A stretch of 44,794 bases of DNA from Candidatus Peribacteraceae bacterium (GTDB lineage: Bacteria > Patescibacteriota > Gracilibacteria > Peribacterales > Peribacteraceae): assembly GCA_022843885.1 (NCBI GenBank), contig JALHMU010000002.1, positions 1-44,794 on the forward strand, in the 5' to 3' direction. A program made the position numbers and the translations under genes. Shown here one piece after another: positions 19,012 to 26,858 of the stretch (position 1 is its first letter; every line of letters begins with the position of its first letter). Below the pieces are notes generated by a model. That model did no database searches. It was not told the origin of the DNA and saw nothing but the letters and a program-made list of their open reading frames with translations.

Positions 19012-20700
19012 TTAATTCCTTTTAGCAAGTCCGAATTCAACGATAAGGGTAATTCTACCCTTAAAAGCCTCGCGAAATTGCTCAATAACACCTTCACAAG
19101 AATCGCACGGTTGGCGCTCTGTATAGAGCTTTATCGTACCCTTTGTTGATTCAGTAATTTTTTCGGCGATGCTTTCCAAAATTTTCTTTTCCGAATGTTC
19201 GACATTCTTCATGAAGCCTCTTGGCTTAGCATCGAACCTGGGGTTTGCCGGCATTGCGACAGTGCCTTCCGGTGAAACCTCCCCGCTAACGCCTACAAGC
19301 GTTCCTTCTTGTCCAGCGATGTCTACATCGGCATAGGCGATGTTTCTATCATTGGCGACGCCATGCTTGACTCTGAGTTCGTCGACTCTATCAAGGCCGT
19401 CTAAGTTTTTGATGAAGTCGTGGGGCTTCTCCTTCATCATGAGAATGTTGTCGTTGGCCGGTCTCAGCTGTTCGACATAACGTGAAGGCACGCCAGCGTA
19501 TTGCAGTTCTTTAGGAGAGATCCCAAGACCTTGCATATAATCCCGCACTATTTGGCGGCTCTGAGCGGCAAGCTCAGGCGTGACCTGGGCTATATTGTCG
19601 GCCGCTTGCATTGCTTTGGTAATACCGTCAACGACCGTTTTATCAACATGCGTAGCCAATCGGTCGGCGGCTTTTAGAGCCAAGTTGCCAGCTTCGGTAC
19701 TCCCTTCTGGATTGAAAAAGAAGAACATAGCTTTGCCGTCCTGGACACCTCTATCATGGGCCGACATTTTGCTGTACTTGTCACTTGCGACCTCAAGTTC
19801 ACGTCCCAAAACGAGCAGCACATTATTAACGGCATTAGGATCACGCTTCATCACGTCCAGACAGGTGCCGATTGTTTTAAAAAGAGGCTCATTTATTGCG
19901 TTTGGAGTTGCCATAAATTTAGCTACGCTATCATCGCAGACCGCAGTCCAGGCCTTTGCGGCTGCCTTCCTCAAGGCATCTTTGGCTTCGTCTTTTGCAA
20001 TACTCAGCCCTTCACCTACACCTGATATTTCATCAAGCATGCCCTGAAAGTATGCCTGCCGTTCTTTTGGTTCGAGCAATCGAGCTTGTGCAGACTTCGC
20101 AAAATCGGCGAGCTTTTGACTTAGGGGAACTTGCATATCGTTGTAGTCCAGACCGGTTCTAAGGAGCCTGTGTGTGGAATCCACAGGCTTAAGAGTGATT
20201 TTGTCATGGTCTGTGTCTGGTAAAGCCGCATTCGGCACCGCAAGTGGTTGCTTGGATTTAGTGTCAGCAAATTGACCACTGTTATAGGTTTTATCGGCGA
20301 GCTGCTGCACTCCATCACATTCAGAACTAACTTGCATCTCAGTCGCACATCCAAAGTCTTCTACGAGGGCCCTAGGCTCTTTATCTGCCATGACCAAGGG
20401 GTCTCGGACACCGATAATGCGTTCGGCCGGCTCGCATGCGCCAAGATCGCCTTCACTGAGCCGACTTTGCCTCGATGCGATGCGGCCGCCGACACCCATA
20501 ATTTGGATGCTTTCTTCTTGCTCGGCGATGAACTTGGCTCGGTCTCGCAGCGAACCATCGCTAGCGTTAGTTCTCAGTCCTTCCGTCACAGCGATACTTT
20601 GCCCATTGGCGTTTCGGGCATGCTGGACTTCCGCTGACTCGAGCTTTGGCTGCTCGGGCGCGACTTGCTTATCCGGAGCGTCGTTGCCGTCTTTAGACAT
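19012..20700 (-). CDS. Polymorphic-toxin-like protein with C-terminal nucleic-acid deaminase domain (HxE...PCxxC)
   Basis: 562 aa. The C-terminus is NVEHSEKKILESIAEKITESTKGTIKLYTERQPCDSCEGVIEQFREAF, with HSE and PCDSC spaced 29 residues apart as in CDA-fold toxin deaminases. A SUKH gene lies immediately downstream. The N-terminal ~440 aa has no signal peptide or recognisable trafficking domain. Confidence 0.7.
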   Translation of the reverse strand: MSKDGNDAPDKQVAPEQPKLESAEVQHARNANGQSIAVTEGLRTNASDGSLRDRAKFIAEQEESIQIMGVGGRIASRQSRLSEGDLGACEPAERIIGVRDPLVMADKEPRALVEDFGCATEMQVSSECDGVQQLADKTYNSGQFADTKSKQPLAVPNAALPDTDHDKITLKPVDSTHRLLRTGLDYNDMQVPLSQKLADFAKSAQARLLEPKERQAYFQGMLDEISGVGEGLSIAKDEAKDALRKAAAKAWTAVCDDSVAKFMATPNAINEPLFKTIGTCLDVMKRDPNAVNNVLLVLGRELEVASDKYSKMSAHDRGVQDGKAMFFFFNPEGSTEAGNLALKAADRLATHVDKTVVDGITKAMQAADNIAQVTPELAAQSRQIVRDYMQGLGISPKELQYAGVPSRYVEQLRPANDNILMMKEKPHDFIKNLDGLDRVDELRVKHGVANDRNIAYADVDIAGQEGTLVGVSGEVSPEGTVAMPANPRFDAKPRGFMKNVEHSEKKILESIAEKITESTKGTIKLYTERQPCDSCEGVIEQFREAFKGRITLIVEFGLAKRN

Positions 20701-21157
20701 CGCTAAACCCTTGCTCGGTAGTTTTCAATATACCCACGGACAAGAGAAAGGCCCACCTCACAATTGCCCAAGCTAACTTTCGACTAATTCGACCATTGCA
20801 ACTAGATGATCCATTGTGATCAGCCGTGGAAAGGAGAATCAGTATGACCAGTAAAGTCATGCTATTTAACTCTGAAACTTACAAATACCGACCGATGTTC
20901 CTCGCGCCGTGTAGTCGCCTCACTGCAACTACCTCGTGTACAGCCAGACGGACCTAAAGGGGCAATAGGTCGCTCATAGTCATCGACTTAAACGGGCATC
21001 AGGTAAAAATAGCTGACGTTGCTGGAGATTTGCAGGAGTGGAGAAGCGCTGAGTCTCCACACGCTGCTTCCTCAGCTGATCTACTTACAATTAAAGCCAT
21101 TCGCTGACAGAGTTTCCCAATTTACAGCGAAGGTCAGCGACACATCCAAAGTCATTT

Positions 21158-21721
21158 CTATTTTGTCGATAAAGCCGCTTTCCTTAAAGAGCGAGCATCA
21201 GAGGCATCCATTCCTAGCTCCACGCCAAGTCTAAAAAATTCCGTTGCGGCCGTATGAGTGTCCAAATTAAAGCGTCGCACACACGTCCGAGCAAATGTAC
21301 AATACTCGTTGAGCAACATCCCAGATGTCCCTCTGTCCTCTTTCAAAATTTGATAGAGTCCTGATATAGCGGCCTCGGGCAGCTTCGGTCCATTAATAAA
21401 ATAATTTAGAAACTTCACAAAATTACCATGACGAACAATGCCGCGTTCATCATGTCCCTTCGCTTCAAAAGTCTCCTTTATCGAGCAATTGCCTTTCTCA
21501 GCGTACTCAGGATCGCAAAAAACACGCAATCTGGCTTCTGGAATAGCCTTTCGCTTTTGCAATGAGACCATCAAGGCCTCCATAGAATCACCTCTGACAG
21601 TATTCTCCGCTGGCGACTGCGTAATTTCCTTGATGTTTTTGAACAATCGTGCTTCTTTTTCTGTCAACTCTATCGGACAGGGTGGTGTACTCGGCAATCC
21701 GCATAATGTTTGGCGTGTCAT
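21158..21721 (-). CDS. Hypothetical protein upstream of the toxin gene
   Basis: 187-aa ORF on the same strand as the toxin operon, with a 457-bp gap to the toxin start. I recognise no motif. Confidence 0.45.
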   Translation of the reverse strand: MTRQTLCGLPSTPPCPIELTEKEARLFKNIKEITQSPAENTVRGDSMEALMVSLQKRKAIPEARLRVFCDPEYAEKGNCSIKETFEAKGHDERGIVRHGNFVKFLNYFINGPKLPEAAISGLYQILKEDRGTSGMLLNEYCTFARTCVRRFNLDTHTAATEFFRLGVELGMDASDARSLRKAALSTK

Positions 21722-21850
21722 GTATTAAACTCCATGAGATTGAGCCACTGCCCAATAGAGACTTGGACAGGACACGTGAAATCTGTAGCACTAAATGTGA
21801 TATCACTCTAGAGCAAGATATTTTCAAAATATTTCAATGAGCGAGTTGTG

Positions 21851-22274
21851 TCAACCACTTTCTTTAGCTCCAGTTGTAGTGTCACCAGGAATGCGCCTCA
21901 AGTATATCCAAAAGCAATACAGCCAGGGGAGCTGTAAATTATTTCCACACAGGTGAGTAGGAGTCTTAACAGTGACGAATTTCTGGACGGAGGTAACGTC
22001 GAAATAGTCCCACCACTCGACAATCTTGTCGACTTCGAGTTCGATGATACCCATGATCATCACGCGTCCGATTTCGCTGCCATCGGCGCGCTCGAACCAG
22101 GTCGAGTCTTTCAGTGAGAACGCGATTGCCGCAGACGGAAATCGCGAGTATGTCTATATGGACCGTAGACATGTCCATCGATTTTTTCAACAAGTCGAAC
22201 ATGGCGATGGCACAGCGGTGGTGCAGAGACGGGACAATGGGCGACCAGCGCGGCAGCCAACCAACCAATTTCAC
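21851..22274 (-). pseudogene. Frameshifted SnoaL/limonene-1,2-epoxide-hydrolase-like gene
   Basis: Two overlapping minus-strand ORFs are involved. One frame gives ...CGNRVLTERLD. The other gives FERADGSEIGRVMIMGIIELEVDKIVEWWDYFD, the LEH-type C-terminal GKI..WRDYFD block. The frame switch lies around 22070-22095. Confidence 0.5.
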
Positions 22275-22396
22275 AAAGTGGGAAATTGCTTAAGGTGCGA
22301 ATATTTCATGGCAAAAGAATGGAAAATATCAAAAATTACTCTGCCAGAATCAATCAAATTGAAAACCTGGCCTAATCGACGGAAGCCCCCAAAAGT

Positions 22397-22960
22397 ATGA
22401 CAACTTCAAGCAAAACAGTGCGCTGGGCAAATTTGAACAATCAGGAAAAGGTCAAACAGTTTAGTGAGCGGGGGCATGGGCGAGTTGCCAGAAATGAAAT
22501 GCGCTCTACTTGCGAAATTTGTGACCAGGCAATAAATGGTGGTGACAACTATTTCGATATTAACGGTGCCAAGTTTGCCCACAGAGCTTGCATTGTCACA
22601 ACTCCGAGCAACTTGGCCAAGCACGGAAAAATAGTTACTCACAAAATGATGGAAGCTTTGTCATCGAAGAAAAGCAAATCATCTGTCGGCATAAAAAATT
22701 CAGCACAAACAAAGAAACCAAAGGCGGCAGCGTTAAGGATTGCATCCAAAACGGAAACAAGAGCGACACTCTCGGAACAGAAGCCATCAAAACGTGGACG
22801 AAAACCAAAGGTTCAAACCAAGACATCAACAGAATCAGCGTCAGCGCCTGCAATTAAAGTGAGTGAAGTTAGAGAAGCCCTGCCTGGCGCGATAGTCACT
22901 CTAACCATTACGGGAACTGTCGAAGCAGTACAGAGGGCACTAGACAAACTTCAAAACTAA
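22397..22960 (+). CDS. Hypothetical protein with Cys/His N-domain and Lys-rich, AT-hook-like (KRGRKPK) tail
   Basis: 187 aa. It contains CEICDQ...FAHRAC, then KKSKSS...KKPKAAALR...SKRGRKPKVQTK. A hairpin follows (ccctcttttgct...agcaaaagaggg, about 22990-23035). Confidence 0.5.
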   Translation: MTTSSKTVRWANLNNQEKVKQFSERGHGRVARNEMRSTCEICDQAINGGDNYFDINGAKFAHRACIVTTPSNLAKHGKIVTHKMMEALSSKKSKSSVGIKNSAQTKKPKAAALRIASKTETRATLSEQKPSKRGRKPKVQTKTSTESASAPAIKVSEVREALPGAIVTLTITGTVEAVQRALDKLQN

Positions 22961-23078
22961 CCGCGATCACGATTTTTCAATGCAATCTCCCTCTTTTGCT
23001 TGAGCACTTGAAAGTCATGCATGAGCAAAAGAGGGAATAAGGAGCTAGAACAAATCTGACCCTTATTGGAAAACGCAG

Positions 23079-23828
23079 ATGAGCGAACCAGAAATATCAA
23101 TAATCACACCAGTGAAAGGTACTCATCAATCTCCACTACACCTGCAAAAGCAGCAAGCGATCCAAGCTTCATTAGGCAAACCTATCCTCAAATACCGAGA
23201 TCCACTTATTGGAAGGTTTGTTCTCGGCAATGAAGAAACACACACACATGCTCAATTTGCTGTCGAAAACGGCAAAACGGATGATCTCGAATTCGCAGGT
23301 CACTCAGCGAAACTAGTAGCAATCCATTTTCATAGCCCTAGCGAGCATTGGATTGACGGTAAGAGATTTGAAACCGAGTTTCACTTTGTACACAACATTG
23401 TTGACTACCCAAACGCTGCAACCACACTTGTGGAGCCATCATCGAAATTGGTTATTGGTATTTTCGCCACAGCGAAGAACTCCTTAGCTCCTTGTGAAGG
23501 TAACGATTCCACCAAACCACGTGCATTTGCTACACGCTTGAACCAATTCCTAAAGGCTCAAAAAGAAGGAAAGACAGATGATGAATGTGGGGAGCTTGAC
23601 CTTCCGGAGAACTTACCGCAGCAAGTGATGGACGCCTGCCATGAATTCTTCTATTACCGTGGTTCCCTCACTAGCTTTGCCTACGATGAAACCGTCACGT
23701 GGCTTGTGCCAACCTCTGTAATCGAAACAGAGAAATCATTTCTCAAGGCAGTCCAAGACACTAAGCAGGCGACAAGATCTATTCAATTGTTGAACCGACG
23801 AATAATTCTCTTGTCAAAAGAGGAGTAG
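23079..23828 (+). CDS. Alpha-class carbonic anhydrase-like protein without signal peptide
   Basis: 249 aa. It has HQSPLHL (QSPI-type), IHFHSPSEHWIDGKRFETEFHFVHN (the three Zn His of the alpha-CA HFH...H.VH pattern) and YYRGSLTSFAYDETVTWLV (GSLTTPP..E.V.W). Confidence 0.7.
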   Translation: MSEPEISIITPVKGTHQSPLHLQKQQAIQASLGKPILKYRDPLIGRFVLGNEETHTHAQFAVENGKTDDLEFAGHSAKLVAIHFHSPSEHWIDGKRFETEFHFVHNIVDYPNAATTLVEPSSKLVIGIFATAKNSLAPCEGNDSTKPRAFATRLNQFLKAQKEGKTDDECGELDLPENLPQQVMDACHEFFYYRGSLTSFAYDETVTWLVPTSVIETEKSFLKAVQDTKQATRSIQLLNRRIILLSKEE

Positions 23829-23910
23829 CCCTTGGATCGATTGGTAATTACTGCAAACGAAAACGCCACGACGTAGAACTGAAGAACATTGCCACTTCAA
23901 GAGACGATTC

Positions 23911-25539
23911 CTATGCCGTATCAACCTCGCCTAGATAAAGTTGAACGGGCTTACCTTCAGAAAGAATCTTCTCTTTCAACAAAGAAATCTTCGAAGAAAG
24001 CCAAACCCAATCTCTCCGAGTAGGAGCTGTGAGCAATTCTTCGGCTAACAAATTGATCTGAACCAGCAGAGCACCCTCAGTGGTCCTAGAACCGCTGTAG
24101 CGAAGGGCAACCTCAACTCTACCCCGCCAGTTGTCAGAAGACGGCTTTACGAACGTCAGAGGAGAAGTCTTATTTGAACTCGAAAGAGAAGAACTCAATA
24201 ACGACAATTCTGATGAATCACGCTGAACCGACTTGTCAAAGGTTCGAGAAAAAACAAATCCAGCTCGAACAACATCCTCAGGCAAACAACCCGAACAATT
24301 TTCAAACTTCACAGCGTTATAAACGTGTAAAGCAGTTTCCAAGCACCCGCTGCGAAGGTCTTCCATAGCTTGTTTCCACAGTTCCGGATATTTAGCGATC
24401 GTTCGCGAGCTGACGCCGCTCTTGAGCGAGAGGTCCCTGGTGCTGAATTGCATGTCTGCTTCGCGGAAGTCTTCAACAGCGGCAGCAATTTTCCTCTGTG
24501 CTAAAGAAGCTCGGTTGGCGTTGTTTCTAATCCAAGAAATAGGGACAACTGGTTCATGCTTTCGCCACTCAGTTCCGCGCCGATGTGGTGGCACCCAATT
24601 AGTGGCGCGTCCAATATGATTAAAAGCGTCTCCGCGTCCGGCCGCAATGTCTTTACTTTGACCGTTGTGCTTGTTCTTGATTAGTGAGTCGATGAGGCAT
24701 TGTCGCTCATCTTCAAAGCCATAACCCATGGCAGGGACTTGGTGGCCGGAATCGCCATAGAACAGATAATGCGAAAGGGCAAAAATAGCGTCCGCTCTTT
24801 GGGAAGGACCGGTCAGTCCCTGGATATAATACTCTCGCCCTTTGACCCACGTGTCCGCTTTTATCCCGCGCGGAATTTTACGAAATGCCTTTTTTACTAT
24901 TTGGAGAGCCTCTTCTGATCCTTCTCCATCTACATTTTTTCGAATCGAAATAACGTCCGCTAGTCTCGCACCGACTTTTTCTTCGCCCGAACTCTGAGCT
25001 TTGGAGGAAGCTAGGTTTTCGACAAACGCACGTAGCTTGTGGAAGTGCGCATATGGATTGGCCGAGCATTCGATATCTTTTGCGAATACCAGAAGTGCTT
25101 CGGTAGGACTCAGTTCATCACGTTCTTCGCGCACAATTTGGTTGTGGTGATTTAGCCAGGCAAATCCCGGCTGTAGTGGCAAGCGAAGTCCTTGCCCAAC
25201 GGAATTGCGTCCTTCTCCTGGATTCGGGAAAATCTCGAGAGTTCCTTTGGCCACTTCGAATTCGTTCAAGGTAAGCAAGTTATGGAACTGCCGATACAGG
25301 TCGCGAGTGCTCACTGGAGCATCGAAGAAGATGTAGATATGCCAGCCGCCTGAGTGCGACGAACGGTACAAGTTGAAGCCTTCGATGCCCGCTTGTTCTA
25401 AAAGGGTCGCTATTTTTGAGAATCCTTCTTCGTTGTGATATTTGCTGCCGGCATCAATATCGAGCACTACGAATTTGCTGACCTTGCCGCACCTTGCTCC
25501 AATGAAATACTTTGGATGGACGCAAGCAGCAGCTTTCAA
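23911..25539 (-). CDS. AEP/prim-pol-like replicase-type protein with C-terminal HTH (paralogue B); true 5' end probably upstream of 25539
   Basis: 542 aa from a TTG. The motifs are VVLDIDAG (DxD), SHSGGWHIYIFF (sGxH) and GLRLPLQPGFAWLN. The C-terminal HTH is FSTRDLSLKSGVSSRTIAKY. Homology to paralogue C continues in frame upstream to about 25650, and the frame stays open to a TAA at 25792-25794. Confidence 0.6.
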   Translation of the reverse strand: MKAAACVHPKYFIGARCGKVSKFVVLDIDAGSKYHNEEGFSKIATLLEQAGIEGFNLYRSSHSGGWHIYIFFDAPVSTRDLYRQFHNLLTLNEFEVAKGTLEIFPNPGEGRNSVGQGLRLPLQPGFAWLNHHNQIVREERDELSPTEALLVFAKDIECSANPYAHFHKLRAFVENLASSKAQSSGEEKVGARLADVISIRKNVDGEGSEEALQIVKKAFRKIPRGIKADTWVKGREYYIQGLTGPSQRADAIFALSHYLFYGDSGHQVPAMGYGFEDERQCLIDSLIKNKHNGQSKDIAAGRGDAFNHIGRATNWVPPHRRGTEWRKHEPVVPISWIRNNANRASLAQRKIAAAVEDFREADMQFSTRDLSLKSGVSSRTIAKYPELWKQAMEDLRSGCLETALHVYNAVKFENCSGCLPEDVVRAGFVFSRTFDKSVQRDSSELSLLSSSLSSSNKTSPLTFVKPSSDNWRGRVEVALRYSGSRTTEGALLVQINLLAEELLTAPTRRDWVWLSSKISLLKEKILSEGKPVQLYLGEVDTA

Positions 25540-25870
25540 AATCTCGGTGTCAGTTAGCGCCCAGTCGTCGTTAGCGGACAGCCAGCCACCGCCTTCTAGC
25601 GGGCGATATATAAAAGCATATCGATGGAATAGACCAACGAATTCTACTATCGCCTCGCTTGCACGAGACGAATAATATTTTGCGCGTGAAAATCTAACTG
25701 GCTGGCCATCAGTGGCCGCCAGCGCTGTTAATCCGGTCGTAAGCGTTCCTCTTTCTAATGAAGGACGAGTTGACCTAACCGGATCAGTGCTTTATGCTTG
25801 CTTTATTCCAGGCAGTCGTCAAACACCTGAATAAAACCGCATAACTGATCCGTTAAGTGATCTCTTCAAA

Positions 25871-25897
25871 CACCGCCTGCAAGCGGTGTTTTTTGTT
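25871..25897 (+). terminator. Hairpin + T-run (caccgc ctgcaa gcggtg ttttttg), conserved with 34803-34830
   Basis: Read directly. It sits in the leader region upstream of the paralogue B gene. An ~18-nt identical core, caagcggtgttttttgtt, is shared with the paralogue C leader. Confidence 0.55.
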
Positions 25898-26036
25898 ATC
25901 CGTTTTTTTTGAGCCCTCCTATTTTTTGGCCTTGAATGGCCAGTAGCATGTGTAAACCCTTTAGCTGACTTTCAAAGTCACTTCTTTCTTAAGCGAGCTC
26001 AGGTACTTGGTTAGCCACTGCCCATGGGGCAGCAAC

Positions 26037-26081
26037 CAGAAAAAGTCCCAAGGCAAAGCCTTGGGGGAGCCTTACGGCTCC
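26037..26081 (-). terminator. Double hairpin + T-run terminator of the 26072..26290 gene
   Basis: On the minus strand, ggagcc-gtaa-ggctcc (with the stop codon in the loop) is followed by cccaagg-ctttg-ccttggg and then acttttt. Confidence 0.6.
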
Positions 26082-26290
26082 CAGGCTCCCGAGTCTCGCA
26101 TTTGGTCGCAATAGACTTCGTACATGTCGCGCTCTGCCATGTCTTTGATGAACTGAGAGCGCATTGCATCAACTTTGTTGGCACTTGCTGTATCTGCAAA
26201 ACGTGCGCCCATGCCTCGCGAGATTGAGATCACCGTGTTTGCTGGCACATTTACGTCGAACAAAACTGAAAGCATTGCGTGATATCTCAT
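26072..26290 (-). CDS. Small hypothetical protein (72 aa)
   Basis: The ORF ends in a strong terminator structure and is the last gene of the minus-strand block. I recognise no motif. Confidence 0.45.
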   Translation of the reverse strand: MRYHAMLSVLFDVNVPANTVISISRGMGARFADTASANKVDAMRSQFIKDMAERDMYEVYCDQMRDSGAWEP

Positions 26291-26501
26291 TGTCTAATCC
26301 TCTTTGGTCCGGCGCCTTCACCGGCTTCTTAGGGAATACCGCCAAAAATTTTGCTGTCAGGACTGGCGCAGCCACCCGCTAGGGCTTGGTCTTGATAGCA
26401 AAAATTTTGGTGGTACCTTCAAGAAAGCCGGGGAGGTGCTTCGACAATCTAGTGCAGTCCGGCAACGCCGGACGGAGCGGTGTAGGCGATGTTCAAGGGC
26501 T

Positions 26502-26858
26502 CTATAACTTCGGTTCTACGAAGTAGTAAGCGCCATTGCCGCATTTAGAACACTCGCTCCATCTTGCAAATTCGGCTTCGGTCATGCGGTCGTGTTCGGC
26601 GCCCTCGCTAGGTGCGCAGTCGAGGCAGTAAAATTTTGAATTGCTCAAATGGACGCCAAAGTATTTGGCGATCATCGTCAAAGCTTCGTGCATCTCGTTC
26701 TTTGCTTTCTCAGCAGTCATAGTAATCGCGTTTTCTTTTAGCGCGTCTTTCGTTTCGTTATGCAAATTGATGATGCCCTTGCATTTGAAGACGTGGCTAA
26801 TGAGCGCACTTAGCACTAACAAGCGTTCGTTATCGTCAGTAATTTTTAAGTCCGGCAT
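26502..26858 (-). CDS. Small C4 zinc-ribbon protein, copy 2 (paralogue of 18154..18519)
   Basis: 118 aa, collinear with the 18154 copy. The start overlaps the NADAR stop by 1 nt (TGATG at 26858), implying translational coupling. Confidence 0.7.
   Translation of the reverse strand: MPDLKITDDNERLLVLSALISHVFKCKGIINLHNETKDALKENAITMTAEKAKNEMHEALTMIAKYFGVHLSNSKFYCLDCAPSEGAEHDRMTEAEFARWSECSKCGNGAYYFVEPKL

Noticed and set aside
25544-25562. Iteron-like TAACTGACACC inside the paralogue B coding region (similar hits at ~34495 in C, ~1935 in A and 34727 upstream of C)
   Set aside because: These fall on the conserved L(T/S)D(D/T)(T/E)I coding motif, so codon constraint explains them. They are single copies, not arrays. 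I note them but make no functional claim.
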